Shown here: piece after piece, positions 1 through 9,879 of the stretch
How the letters are laid out: every line of letters begins with the position of its first letter
Numbering within the stretch: position 1 is the first letter of the stretch
Source: an uncultured bacterium
GTDB taxonomy: Bacteria > Babelota > Babeliae > Babelales > Vermiphilaceae
Assembly: GCA_963701085.1 (NCBI GenBank)
Contig: OY969561.1
Location: forward strand, 1,056,001-1,120,000
Reading direction: 5' to 3'
Length of the DNA: 64,000 nt
The notes under the pieces: model-generated
The model's database searches: none
The model's input: only the letters and a program-made list of their open reading frames with translations
Told to the model about the DNA's origin: nothing
Translations under genes and position numbers: made by a program

Positions 1-30
1 GCGTGTTGAAAGTCAATTAGATTTACAAAT

Positions 31-60
31 AAAATAAGGCTCCATGCGGAGCCTCTTTTT
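31..60. terminator. Rho-independent terminator-like hairpin downstream of the hisS operon
   Basis: aggctcc-atgc-ggagcct stem (37-54) with A-rich left flank and T-rich right flank. Confidence 0.6.
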
Positions 61-589
61 ATTCAATACGTTTAAATCGTGGCACATTTGTACCATCAAT
101 TTCTATGTTTTCTAAGAACATTTCCAAAGGGCGATGCCAGATTTTGCTGACAGGATTATCGTACAATGCTTCATATACAACGTACCATGATAAATCTTCT
201 GAATAGCATGAAATAGCAAGAATACGATAATCTTTATTTTTGTAGTGGCGCCAAATTTCGCCTGATTTGATTTGTGTTTGCATATTATACTCATTTAAAC
301 CATCTTCTAAACTAACATCCCAAATTGATAATTCTTTTTGATATTCAAGCCATTCTTTATGATTTTTTTTTAATTTAGAATATTCATCATTTGCTTGTTT
401 TAAAATGGTTTCTTTGTCTTTTTCACACCATGCAAGATAATCATTGATGGAATCTTGAAATGCTTTTTTGAGTTCATTAACATTTTTCCCTTGGAAAGTA
501 ATGATATCTTTGAGACCAATTACTTCACCATGAAATATTTTTGCTTCATTATCGTACGTTACTTCTCCAAAATAACCTTTATATTTCAT
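59..589 (-). CDS. Chimeric ORF: HicB-like N-terminus, antitoxin-like helix, DUF1653-like C-terminal domain
   Basis: MKYKGYFGEVTYD..FHGEVIGLKDIITFQG..ELKKAFQDSINDYL is HicB-like; GEIWRHYKNKDY..VVYEALY..WHRPLEMF..PRF is DUF1653-like. Confidence 0.65.
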   Translation of the reverse strand: MKYKGYFGEVTYDNEAKIFHGEVIGLKDIITFQGKNVNELKKAFQDSINDYLAWCEKDKETILKQANDEYSKLKKNHKEWLEYQKELSIWDVSLEDGLNEYNMQTQIKSGEIWRHYKNKDYRILAISCYSEDLSWYVVYEALYDNPVSKIWHRPLEMFLENIEIDGTNVPRFKRIE

Positions 590-594
590 TATTT

Positions 595-1854
595 TTATTT
601 CTTCAACCGTGCAACAAGATCAACTTGAGCAACAGCTTCTTCAGCCCCCGTGGTCATATTTTTGAGCATGACGGTGCGATTTTGTTGTTCAGTTTCACCC
701 AAGATAAGTGCGTATGCAGCGCCAAGTTTGTTTGCTTTGCGCATCATGGTTTTGATTGAACCTTCAAACAAAATATCAGTACATATGTTATGAGCACGTA
801 ATTCATCTGCAAGTAGCAGTGCCAAAGTATGTTGCGTAGCAGTCATAGGAATTATGAGATGTAGTGCGGGAGGATGAGGGATATTGAGCTGATCGCGCAG
901 TGGTTCTAGTAATAACATAAGACGTTCGATGCCAAATGCGGCACCAACAGAAGGTTGGTCTTGATTGCCGCCTAGATCTTTTACTAATTGGTTGTATCGT
1001 CCACCGCCACAAAATGTGTCTTGTGCGCCAAGATTTTTGCTGACGAACTCAAATACCGTTTTAGTATAATAATCAAGGCCACGGACCAATGTTGGACGAT
1101 ATACGTGAGAGATGGATAAAAGACTGAGTTGTTTTTGTAGCTCCTGCCATTCTTGTGTACAAGCCTCGCAAAGATTATCAGCAATATAGGGAGCTTGTTT
1201 ATATATTTCTTGGCACTGCGGATTTTTACAATCAAAAATACGCATAATGTTGTGTTCTTTTCTTTCTCGGCATTGATCGCAGATGTTTTGTGCAACTTCT
1301 GGTTTATCCATAAACTTTTTTAAGATGACAAGATAGTTTTCACGATCTTGTGTACAGCCTAAAAAGTTGAGGACAAGTGCATAGCTATTTATTTTTAAAA
1401 TTTCATGAAAAAAACGGTCAAGCATCGCAATAAATTGTACATCTTGTGCAATTGCCCCGGAACCAATAACTTCCATTGTGACTTGATGGAACTGACGGAA
1501 TCTTCCTTTTTGAGGACGTTCGTAGCGGAACATGGGGCCGTATGAAAAAACTTTCCATGGAGTGAGTTCAATATGATGTTCATTAAATGCACGCACGGTG
1601 GGTGCTGTGCCTTCTGGTCGTAAACAGATGCGATCTTCACTGCTTGCTTGGCGGGACTCTATAACAAACATTTCTTTGGAGACCACATCGGTGTATAGCC
1701 CGAGTGAACGGTGAAAAAGGTCAACAAATTCTAGAATGGGAGTTTGAATTTCATTGAAATGGTAGATGATAAGATGTTTTTTTACTGAATCAATAATAAA
1801 GTTAAACAGCGTGCAATCTATAAAATCTTGGGTGCCTTTTACGCGTGGAATCAT
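595..1854 (-). CDS. hisS: Histidine--tRNA ligase
   Basis: RVKGTQD, KEMF, LRPEGTA, FRYERPQKGRFRQFHQ, LVRGLDYYT, GGGRY, AFGIERL motifs. Confidence 0.98.
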   Translation of the reverse strand: MIPRVKGTQDFIDCTLFNFIIDSVKKHLIIYHFNEIQTPILEFVDLFHRSLGLYTDVVSKEMFVIESRQASSEDRICLRPEGTAPTVRAFNEHHIELTPWKVFSYGPMFRYERPQKGRFRQFHQVTMEVIGSGAIAQDVQFIAMLDRFFHEILKINSYALVLNFLGCTQDRENYLVILKKFMDKPEVAQNICDQCRERKEHNIMRIFDCKNPQCQEIYKQAPYIADNLCEACTQEWQELQKQLSLLSISHVYRPTLVRGLDYYTKTVFEFVSKNLGAQDTFCGGGRYNQLVKDLGGNQDQPSVGAAFGIERLMLLLEPLRDQLNIPHPPALHLIIPMTATQHTLALLLADELRAHNICTDILFEGSIKTMMRKANKLGAAYALILGETEQQNRTVMLKNMTTGAEEAVAQVDLVARLKK

Positions 1855-1884
1855 AATAATTATTCCCTGTTTTAGTTCTTTCCT

Positions 1885-1984
1885 GCGCTCGCCCCTGACC
1901 CTTCGGCAAGCTCAGGAGTAAACACCCGCCTGGCCTCCGAAGCCTCGGCGAAGGACGGCTTGAAGGGTTTTCTTCGAGCGCTCG
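1885..1984. repeat. Composite palindromic element: one arm of the family-A hairpin with nested family-A and family-B units
   Basis: gcgctcgccc...ttgaagggttttcttcgagcgctcg matches the reverse complement of the right arm in murE/recD2; it is interrupted by cccttcggcaagctcagg and cctccgaagcctcggcgaagga. Confidence 0.85.
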
Positions 1985-2119
1985 GTTATAAAATTTCTTA
2001 TTACAGATTATACCAAATTTTAACAAACAAAAAAACATAGCAATTGACTTGATGAATCTATTCATGGTAGAGAATACAAGAAGTAGTAACATAAAGACGG
2101 AAAAACCAAAAGGAGAAAA

Positions 2120-3751
2120 ATGAAGCATAAAAAATTAGTAGCACTTTTATCATTAAGTGCTATGGCAGGATCATTATCAGCTGATTGCGATAGAAATGAT
2201 AGTTCTTTGTTAGAAGCAACAAATAAAACAACACTTACCATTCATCCACTTTTTGTATCGCAACAACCAGAACTTGTTTCAGGATTCCGTAATGATCGCA
2301 ATCAAACGCGTGAAAATGGTTGGGGCGGAGCATTCCAAGCAGTACTTTTTGGAAGCCGCACATCAGATGGAAAAGATTTAGCTCGTTACTTTTTTCCCGA
2401 TGCACATGAATCATTAGTTGCTGCCAATGATGGTCCTGTAGCAGGCCAAGCGGGATTTAGTGTAAAAAAAGATCTTCTTGCGCAAGATTTTAATGTCTTT
2501 ACGGTGAATAATAATTTTGAAAGTACTATTTCCATTGAACCGCAACAAAGCGTTATTGGTCTTGGTTTGCATGTTCGTCAAAGTTTTTGGAAAAGTCATG
2601 AAAAAGGAAGAGGCCTTTGGATAAGCTTTTCTGCTCCTATTATGCACGTCAAAAATGATATGAATTTTTTTGAAAATGTAATGAATGATGGTGGTGGTGC
2701 AAATGAAGCAGCTAATCCAGTTGTTGTTGCAAATATGACTGAAGCATTCCAACAATCAGATTGGAAGTATGGTAAAATTACCGAATGTGCAATGAAAAAA
2801 ACTGGCCTGGGTGATATAGAAGCAAAGGTTGGTTATGAGTGGTTGCAACATGAGCCAGTGCATATGGAATCATATTTTGGTCTTGTTATTCCAACAGGTA
2901 ACAAAAATGAAGGCGAATTTGTTTTTGAACCAATTGTTGGCCGTGGTAAATATTTTGGAATTATGCTTGGTAGCTCGTTGGGTCTAGAAATTTGGACGAG
3001 TGAAGATGGTGATAAAAATCTTCGTTACGAATTAGCAAACCATTATGAAGTGTTGTTTAAAAAAGATCAAAAACGTTCTTTTGATTTAAAAAACAAACCA
3101 TGGAGCCGTTATTTGCCAGTGTATGCTAATCAAGAAGAAGCAGCTGCAGCGGCAGCGCTTGTCGGTGGACCAAATCCACTTTATGCTCAAAATGTTTCAA
3201 CTCCTGGTATTAACGTATTCACGCAAGAAGTAAAAGTAACGCCAGGCTTAACAACAGATATTAATACAGCATTTGTCTTTACATGGAAAAAGTTCCAGGC
3301 TGAAGCTGGTTATAACTTCTTAGCAAAACGGGCTGAAAAGGTAGAACTTGATTGTCCATGGCAAGTAGGGCCGGCGCTGAAGCATTTCCTTGGAGCAGGT
3401 CAAACTAACCCAATTCGCACGATCAATGGCAGTCCATTTTATGAACAAATTGTGAGCAGTATACCAGTACCGACGCCAACACCAGTTGTGCCAGGTGTTC
3501 TGATTATTCCTGTGCAAGTAGCGCCAGCAGATTATGAAATAAGCTTGATTCAAGAATCAGATTTAGATCTTAATTCTGCAGCAACACCAGCACTCTTTGC
3601 TAACACGTTGTATGCTACGCTTGGATTCCATTGCCAAGATAGAGAATATCCGATATTTGGTAATTTTGGTGCGTCATACACATTCTCAAAAAATAATGAT
3701 GCAGTTCCACGTCGCTGGGTTCTGTGGGTAAAAATGGGCGTATCGTATTAA
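2120..3751 (+). CDS. Secreted protein, possible outer-membrane beta-barrel
   Basis: 543-aa ORF with aaggag RBS, signal peptide and amphipathic C-terminal strand ending in an aromatic residue (WVKMGVSY). Confidence 0.7.
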   Translation: MKHKKLVALLSLSAMAGSLSADCDRNDSSLLEATNKTTLTIHPLFVSQQPELVSGFRNDRNQTRENGWGGAFQAVLFGSRTSDGKDLARYFFPDAHESLVAANDGPVAGQAGFSVKKDLLAQDFNVFTVNNNFESTISIEPQQSVIGLGLHVRQSFWKSHEKGRGLWISFSAPIMHVKNDMNFFENVMNDGGGANEAANPVVVANMTEAFQQSDWKYGKITECAMKKTGLGDIEAKVGYEWLQHEPVHMESYFGLVIPTGNKNEGEFVFEPIVGRGKYFGIMLGSSLGLEIWTSEDGDKNLRYELANHYEVLFKKDQKRSFDLKNKPWSRYLPVYANQEEAAAAAALVGGPNPLYAQNVSTPGINVFTQEVKVTPGLTTDINTAFVFTWKKFQAEAGYNFLAKRAEKVELDCPWQVGPALKHFLGAGQTNPIRTINGSPFYEQIVSSIPVPTPTPVVPGVLIIPVQVAPADYEISLIQESDLDLNSAATPALFANTLYATLGFHCQDREYPIFGNFGASYTFSKNNDAVPRRWVLWVKMGVSY

Positions 3752-3769
3752 TAATAGCTTTTTATAAAC

Positions 3770-3808
3770 AAAAAAAGATCCTGGGTTTTTCCCAGGATCT
3801 TTTTTTTT
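3770..3808. terminator. Bidirectional intrinsic terminator
   Basis: A-run, gatcctggg-ttttt-cccaggatc stem-loop, T-run, between convergent genes. Confidence 0.85.
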
Positions 3809-3816
3809 CACCGTTA

Positions 3817-5013
3817 TTAAAATTGTGCGGTCGACATCATAGCGAGTTTCATTCCAATATCTTTAACCGATTTACTCAGGTCTTGTTCTTTTATATATTT
3901 TATTAGTTCTTTTTGTGTGTCTAGATTAAGCTCTGAGAGTTTATTTACGATTTTCGCTTCTATCATTGGAAGTCTCAGAAGGCCGTCAGCAAGTTGGTCT
4001 TTGAATGCCTGCTCTGTTATTATGCTAATCACTTGACAGAGGCGCCATATACCCATGTCTCCGAGCTTGTTGGTTTTAATAAAGGAGTTCAAATTCATAT
4101 CAACGTTGGCTTGTAAGTCTTCTTCCATTTGCCGTTGGTTTGGTTGCCCTGTCATAGGTTCTTTTTCTTCAATAGGAACTTGTTTCGCTATTATAGCGAG
4201 TTGCCTTCCAATATCTTTAACCATTTTACTCAGGTCTTGTTCGTGTATATATTTTATTAGTTCTTTCTGTGTATCTAGGCTAAGCTCTGAGAGTTTATTG
4301 ACGATTTTTACTTCTATCATTGGAAGTCTCAGAAGGCCGTCAGCAACTTGTTCTTTGAATGCCTGCTCTGTCATCGCGCTAATCGCTCGACAAAGCTTCA
4401 ATATCTCCACTTCTCCGAACTTCCATCCTTGCTTGTCAAATTCAATAAGGTGGTACAGTTTCAGATCAACCATGTCTTGTAAGTCTTTTTCCATTTGTTG
4501 CTGGTTTGGTTGCCCTGTCATAGGTTCTTTTGTTGGCGCTAGTTCTTGTTCTAATTGCTCTCTTCTTTCTTTTGCATCTTCAAATAAATTATCAAGTTTT
4601 GCCTGTGTGTTAGGATTAGGATTATTGATCTCGTTTATAGGAACAACGGTGCCGGCTACATGTAAGCTGTCTAAAGCGCTTGCTAATGAACCTTTTTCAA
4701 TCTCTTCGAGCTCAGAGATTCTCACGCGATACATAAACTGTATCATTTTATCGGTAAATTTTGATTTATCCGGCATAAATACATCGTTTACGTTCATGTT
4801 TCTCAGTTCAGTAAGGAACTGTCTGTACGTTCCTTTTTGAAGTTGCGGTTGTTGCTGTGGTTTTGGTTGCATTTGCCCCATTGGTTGACCCGTTTGTGGT
4901 CTTATTGGTGCAGTTGTTACGGGTTCTGTTTTTTTGAGACCTTTTGCAGTCGCTGAACCGATGGCGAATAATGCCAAGATTGCGAGTGTGTTTTTCAAAA
5001 ATTTCATCATCAA
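3817..5013 (-). CDS. Secreted hypothetical protein with an internal ~110-120 aa duplication
   Basis: MKFLKNTLAILALFAIG signal peptide; KEPMTGQPNQ...EQAFK..ADGLLRLPMIE..QKELIKYI.EQDLSK occurs twice. Confidence 0.8.
   Translation of the reverse strand: MMMKFLKNTLAILALFAIGSATAKGLKKTEPVTTAPIRPQTGQPMGQMQPKPQQQPQLQKGTYRQFLTELRNMNVNDVFMPDKSKFTDKMIQFMYRVRISELEEIEKGSLASALDSLHVAGTVVPINEINNPNPNTQAKLDNLFEDAKERREQLEQELAPTKEPMTGQPNQQQMEKDLQDMVDLKLYHLIEFDKQGWKFGEVEILKLCRAISAMTEQAFKEQVADGLLRLPMIEVKIVNKLSELSLDTQKELIKYIHEQDLSKMVKDIGRQLAIIAKQVPIEEKEPMTGQPNQRQMEEDLQANVDMNLNSFIKTNKLGDMGIWRLCQVISIITEQAFKDQLADGLLRLPMIEAKIVNKLSELNLDTQKELIKYIKEQDLSKSVKDIGMKLAMMSTAQF
3840..4531. repeat. Intragenic tandem duplication (~3840-4164 and ~4194-4531)
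   Basis: Shared long blocks, e.g. ttctatcattggaagtctcagaaggccgtcagcaa and tttggttgccctgtcataggttcttt. Confidence 0.9.
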
Positions 5014-5041
5014 TCCTTTTTTTTATGATATTTTTATTTTA

Positions 5042-5515
5042 TTACCATGCAAGGGATGAGCCCATGTATGCCTTATCTAATTCAAAGTCAAACTTATCCA
5101 TGGCCTGCCACCGCTGCTCTTCAAGTTCTTTTAATAGAGCAGCATCTTCTTTGGGGCCAGTAAATTGTGCATGATAATCTCTCGCTGCTTTCAATAATAA
5201 TTCTAAATCATCCTTATTTATATCTGCTGCTATGGCATCGTTTACGAGGTTGTCAACAAAGGTTTTACTCAGCAGTTGGGTTTTGCTATCCCAAGCATTT
5301 CTTGCACTTTTTACCTCATTAAAGAGTTGCGCAAAAGTTTTTACTGTGCGTTGTTGTTGTGGTTTTGGTTGTGGTTGTACTTGCCCCATTGGTTGGCCTG
5401 CTTGCGGTCTTGTTGGTGCCGTTGTTACAGGTGCTGTTTTTGTGAGACTCTTTGCGTTCACAGCTCCGATGGCAAGCAATGCTACGATTGCTAATGTACT
5501 TTTGAGAAACTTCAT
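5042..5515 (-). CDS. Secreted hypothetical protein (shared MKFLK leader)
   Basis: MKFLKSTLAIVALLAIG signal peptide, aaggag RBS; PVTTAP.RPQ.GQPMGQ shared with the 3817-5013 ORF. Confidence 0.8.
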   Translation of the reverse strand: MKFLKSTLAIVALLAIGAVNAKSLTKTAPVTTAPTRPQAGQPMGQVQPQPKPQQQRTVKTFAQLFNEVKSARNAWDSKTQLLSKTFVDNLVNDAIAADINKDDLELLLKAARDYHAQFTGPKEDAALLKELEEQRWQAMDKFDFELDKAYMGSSLAW

Positions 5516-5599
5516 ACAATTCTCCTTGTTTTTTATACGAAAACATTATTATTACTAATTTGCAGTATTGCACAGGTTGTTTTTGCTACGTAATGGTTT

Positions 5600-5637
5600 A
5601 AAAAAAGATCCTAGGTTTTTCCCAGGATCTTCTTTTT
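5600..5637. terminator. Intrinsic terminator, near-copy of the 3770-3808 hairpin
   Basis: aaaaaaagatcctaggtttttcccaggatctt. Confidence 0.75.
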
Positions 5638-5667
5638 ATTGTGCTTACATTACGTAAAACAACTTAT

Positions 5668-6183
5668 TTACTTTGGAGTTACTTTTCCACTTCTTGCCTG
5701 TCGTCTATATCGGCGAGTTCCCCTGCCAGTTTCCTTACCAGGTGTTACTACAGGTGCTATTGTTGTGCTAGGACCATTCATAGTATTGTCTATGCATTGT
5801 TGAATGGATGCCATTTTCTCACCTTCAATACGGAACAATCCAACAAAAGAGTTACAGAACTCTATCATTCTTTCCTTAAATAATTTTTTCGCGGTAGGGA
5901 TATTCATAGGAAATTCACTGGATATAATCTGCGCAAGATTTTTAATAAATTCACAGGCGCCTTCTTTTCCATAATCATTATAGTTATCTATGAAAATATC
6001 TTCCATATCGTCATTGTTTTCATTGAATACTTGATCTATGAAATTACGTATGGTCTGTTCAGTGACTACTGGTTGAGCAATTGGCTGAACTGCAGGTTGA
6101 GTTTTTTTTGTAAGCACTTTTGCATCAACTGAAACAATGGCAAGCAATGCTACGATTGCTAATGTACTTTTGAGAAACTTCAT
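5668..6183 (-). CDS. Secreted hypothetical protein (shared MKFLK leader)
   Basis: Start placed at MKFLKSTLAIVALLAI with aaggag RBS; 59 bp identical to the start of the 5042-5515 ORF. Confidence 0.75.
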   Translation of the reverse strand: MKFLKSTLAIVALLAIVSVDAKVLTKKTQPAVQPIAQPVVTEQTIRNFIDQVFNENNDDMEDIFIDNYNDYGKEGACEFIKNLAQIISSEFPMNIPTAKKLFKERMIEFCNSFVGLFRIEGEKMASIQQCIDNTMNGPSTTIAPVVTPGKETGRGTRRYRRQARSGKVTPK

Positions 6184-6336
6184 ACAATTCTCCTTTTTCT
6201 TGAGAAAAACGTTATTATTACTAGTTTCAGCATTGCACAAACAATTTCTATTGTGCAATACTTTTATTAAAAATAGTGTTAAATACGTAGAAAATACCGT
6301 GTGGATAGTATAATAAGTTTTTATAAAATGGTATTT

Positions 6337-9042
6337 TTATGAAGTTTGCCACCATTGCCGGAAGTAGTCTATGACGTTAGAAATAGGTTTTTTAATGGTT
6401 TCTATGATGGTTTTGACAACCCCAACAGTCTCTTTTTGTGGTGCTTTTTCTTCAGCAACTGCTTTGGAAACTGGCATTTCTACTGCTTTTGGTTCTTTTT
6501 TACTGATTTGGTCTTGTAGTTGTATTTTTTGTTGTAATTGACGTTTAATCCAGTCTGGTAGCAGTTCTTTCCAATTTCCGAGCATATTTTCCCACCATGT
6601 TTGGTTTTGTGGCTGAACTTTTTTAATACTTTCTACTTCTTGTATTGGTTCTTCTTTTTTGGGTTGACCAGTTATCTTATCCCCCGTGCGTGATTTATAG
6701 GGTGATGATGGGTAGTTGCTGGGGAAGTTTTCCACTGCTGTTGATGATGATGAGGCCGAAGGGGTTGTTGAAGGTGTTTGGGTAAATGTACGCGCTGCTG
6801 AGGGGCTGCTGGTTGTAGTGCTGGTGTAAGAGGGTGTTCTTCTGCTAGTGGTTTGACTAGCTTCCATACTAGAGGGGGTTGTTGGTTGGGTAATAGCAGA
6901 GATTGGTTGAGTAGTAGGTTGTGTTTCCTCTTGCGGTGGCAAGGTTGGCTCATATATTTTTGTGGTAGATGTTTCTTTGGGGAGGGTGATTGTTTCAGGA
7001 GATACTTCTGTTTTCTTTTCTTTCTCAGTGGTTAATGCTACTGGGCGTGGAGCTGTTAACGCTGTGGTTCTTTCTTCAGTGCTTTTTTCTTCTTGATATT
7101 CTTTTCCTTCTTTTCCTTCGGGACCTCCACCTTCACCTTTTTCTTCTTTTGTTTTCTCTTCTTTTTTAGCTTCTTGCTCAACTTTTGCTTTGTCCAATTC
7201 TTGAGATTGCAGTTTTTGTTTTTGGAATGTTTCTAATTCTGCATGAATGAGTTCCAGATCACGCTCATAGTTTGCGCTTATTTTTTGTTTTGCTTCATTA
7301 TTTGCTTTTTCGATTAATTGTTGTTTTTTTGCTAATTCTTCTTTTGATACCGCTTCTAATTCTTCAAGTTTTTTGAGTTGCTCTTGATTTGTTTTATTAA
7401 TAAATTCTTGTGATTGTTCAAGAGATGCTTTAGTTTGTTGTAGTTGTTCTTTTTTTTCTTGTTCTATGCGTTCTAGCTCTGTTTGAGCTTTTATCTCTAT
7501 TTCTTTTTTTTGTTGAGCAAAATCTGTTTCAGCATCTTGTATGCGTTCTTTGATTTTTGTAAATTCGTTTTTGGTTTGTGTAAGTTCTACTTCAAGTCTT
7601 TCTATTTCTTGAGCTTTTTGCTCAGCTTCAATAGCTTCTTTTTTTGCCTGTAATGATTCAGCTTTAATTTGTTCTAACTCTTTTGTGCGCTGAGTTGATT
7701 CAATTTTTTGTTGAGCTGCTAAGGCATCAGCTTCTTTTTGAGTTGCCAATTCAAGAGCGCTGTTTTTTTCTTGAATAGCCTTTAAGTGTTCTTCTTTTTT
7801 TAATTGTGTTTCTTGGATTTTAAGTTTATTTTGCTCCAATGCAGCTTCATTATCGGCTATGTCTTTCATTAGTTTTTCTTGTTCAGCTTTACTTGCAACT
7901 TTTTCTTGTTCAAGTTTGAGTTGTCTCAGCTCTTCTTCAGCTGTAGCGAGTTCTTGTTCAGTTCGTTCTAAACGAGCATTGTCTTTTTCAAACTGTTCGT
8001 ATTCTGCATCAACTTCTTTTTTTAATTTTTCTTCAGTTAATTGTGCCTGTTCTGCAGCAGCCTTTTGTCGGGCGGCCTCTTCTTCCGTTCGTAGCTTTTC
8101 AGCAGCAGCAGACTGTTTTTCTTGTTCCTCAGCAAGTTCTTTTGCCTTTAACTCGTTAGCTTTTTGTTCTTCTAGCATTTTTTTCATGCTCATTTTTTTT
8201 GGTTTTTTTACAACTTCTGTTGGTTTTGTTTCAGGCAATATTTGTTTTTCTACTTCTGCAAAAGCTTCTTCTAGTTCTTTATTTGCTAGTTCTTCTGTTT
8301 TTTCAGCCTCAGTTTTTTGAGATACTTCCTCTAATGTTTTTTCTTTGAGCATTTTTTCTAGATCTGAAAATTGTTCATCAATATAATGTAATCTTTCTTG
8401 TGAGGGATTTTTCTGTGCCTCTCTCACTAAGCTTTTCAGTTCTTTTATTCGCTCTTTAGGTAAGAATTTTTTTGCTTCTCTCGTGAGCTGAGTAAAATGA
8501 TCTATCTTCAATGCGAGTGTTATAGTGGAATATGTTTCATAAAATAAATCTACAGACTGTTGGTTAATTTTTTTTGGGTTACTTACATAGATATCCATGA
8601 GCTTGGCTAATTTTTGATAGTCTTCTATTTGTTGAGGGAGCCAGTATTTGGTTTGTTCGGCTTGTTTAATGAGATCTTTAAAGTTGTTTACATTAATCCT
8701 CAGCTCTTCGAGAGCTTCAGGTATTATAGCGGTGCTTGGTTTTTGGGATATGAGAGCATGAGATTGCTCTGTAAGCTTACTTCCGGGGCGGATCGGTTGT
8801 CCTGGAAATAATACAGGTGCTTGGCCTTTAATTTGTGTGGATGGAGTTCTTGCCTCAGTGGTAGAGGTAGAAGGTGTACGGTGTTCTGTGGGAGTCTTAT
8901 ATGTTGGTGGAGGGGTTATTGCTCCAATTGGTCTAAGAGCTTTTGTGGCTCCTGTTGCCAATCTTGTTGTCATACTATGTGAATACGTAGGCAAAAGAGC
9001 GCAGAGGAGCAATGGGATAAGAGTGATTCTGTTTTTTTTCAT
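6337..9042 (-). CDS. Large secreted coiled-coil and Ser/Thr/Pro-rich hypothetical protein
   Basis: ~900-aa ORF; gagga RBS before MKKNRITLIPLLLCALL signal peptide; long E/K/Q helical region. Confidence 0.8.
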   Translation of the reverse strand: MKKNRITLIPLLLCALLPTYSHSMTTRLATGATKALRPIGAITPPPTYKTPTEHRTPSTSTTEARTPSTQIKGQAPVLFPGQPIRPGSKLTEQSHALISQKPSTAIIPEALEELRINVNNFKDLIKQAEQTKYWLPQQIEDYQKLAKLMDIYVSNPKKINQQSVDLFYETYSTITLALKIDHFTQLTREAKKFLPKERIKELKSLVREAQKNPSQERLHYIDEQFSDLEKMLKEKTLEEVSQKTEAEKTEELANKELEEAFAEVEKQILPETKPTEVVKKPKKMSMKKMLEEQKANELKAKELAEEQEKQSAAAEKLRTEEEAARQKAAAEQAQLTEEKLKKEVDAEYEQFEKDNARLERTEQELATAEEELRQLKLEQEKVASKAEQEKLMKDIADNEAALEQNKLKIQETQLKKEEHLKAIQEKNSALELATQKEADALAAQQKIESTQRTKELEQIKAESLQAKKEAIEAEQKAQEIERLEVELTQTKNEFTKIKERIQDAETDFAQQKKEIEIKAQTELERIEQEKKEQLQQTKASLEQSQEFINKTNQEQLKKLEELEAVSKEELAKKQQLIEKANNEAKQKISANYERDLELIHAELETFQKQKLQSQELDKAKVEQEAKKEEKTKEEKGEGGGPEGKEGKEYQEEKSTEERTTALTAPRPVALTTEKEKKTEVSPETITLPKETSTTKIYEPTLPPQEETQPTTQPISAITQPTTPSSMEASQTTSRRTPSYTSTTTSSPSAARTFTQTPSTTPSASSSSTAVENFPSNYPSSPYKSRTGDKITGQPKKEEPIQEVESIKKVQPQNQTWWENMLGNWKELLPDWIKRQLQQKIQLQDQISKKEPKAVEMPVSKAVAEEKAPQKETVGVVKTIIETIKKPISNVIDYFRQWWQTS

Positions 9043-9281
9043 CTGATTCCTCTGCTTTTTATCTTTATAGCGCCATTTTTTTATTTTATTCCTTTTTAAA
9101 ACATACATTTTTTGGAATGGTAAATTCAAGAAACTAATAATTATTGCTTTTATCGAGTAGGTAGCTGAAATTTGTAAAAACTAAAGCAATTATTGCTATT
9201 TGGATTTTGAGATGTATACATTGAAGGAAAAGGATATGGGTGGGGTGAGTAGTAATGTGGAGTAAAAAAAGGAGCAAGATT

Positions 9282-9715
9282 ATGGTGAATAAAAGTAAAA
9301 GATTGATGATTATGATTATGTTGTAAGGATTGGTGTGAGTAGTAATGTGCTTGCATGTCTGACTACGGTCATTAATGATAGCAATGGTAAAATAGCTATT
9401 TTTAATAAGAATGATAAAAGTTTTATGCTTATTCCAAAAAATGGAAAACGACCATTTGGCCGCCATCATACGTATGCCTGTTTTGCTCTTTATACCCAGC
9501 AACCAAAAACGCCACTTTTGTATAGTCGAGCAAATGTTTGCAAACAGAATGAATGTGGTAGTAATGGCAATGTTCAATTAAAGGTTTCTGATATAGTAGA
9601 TAATACGGGCGAAGCACAATTATTTACCATCACCAAAAATAAGCCGCACTCTTCTATGGTGCGTGAATTACCCATGATACAAAAAAAGAATTGTCATACC
9701 TGTAATGGTGAGTAA
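9282..9715 (+). CDS. Small secreted Cys-containing hypothetical protein with an apparent 1-nt frameshift in the signal peptide
   Basis: aaggag RBS and ATG at 9282 (MVNKSKRLMIMIML*) are one base out of frame with ORF 9335-9715. Confidence 0.5.
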
Positions 9716-9717
9716 AA

Positions 9718-9868
9718 CCCTTCGATACTTTTTTGCAAGCAAAAAAACTCAGGGTGATACAGCGATACATTTTTGAGGACAAAAATACTCAGTATGAGCG
9801 GAAAGAAGTCTATCGTGATTTCCTTCCTCCGCTCACCCTGAGTGCCCCATTAGGGGTGTATCGAAGGG
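9718..9868. repeat. Cluster of three family-A-related REP-like units between convergent genes
   Basis: cccttcgatac-[hairpin]-actcagggtga (9718-9757); cgatac-[hairpin]-actcagtatgagcgg (~9764-9801); inverted ccgctcaccctgagt-[hairpin]-gtatcgaaggg (9829-9868). Confidence 0.8.
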
Positions 9869-9879
9869 GGGTTATGTTT

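Noticed and set aside
1885-1984. T-box or attenuator upstream of hisS
   Set aside because: No T-box motif was recognised, and the sequence is explained by the dispersed repeat families.
1802-2128. 108-aa minus-strand ORF upstream of hisS
   Set aside because: It is largely a translation of the composite repeat and promoter DNA.
4055-8320. Long Ser/Phe-rich plus-strand ORFs (4055-4840, 7859-8320)
   Set aside because: They are antisense shadows of E/K/Q-rich genes.
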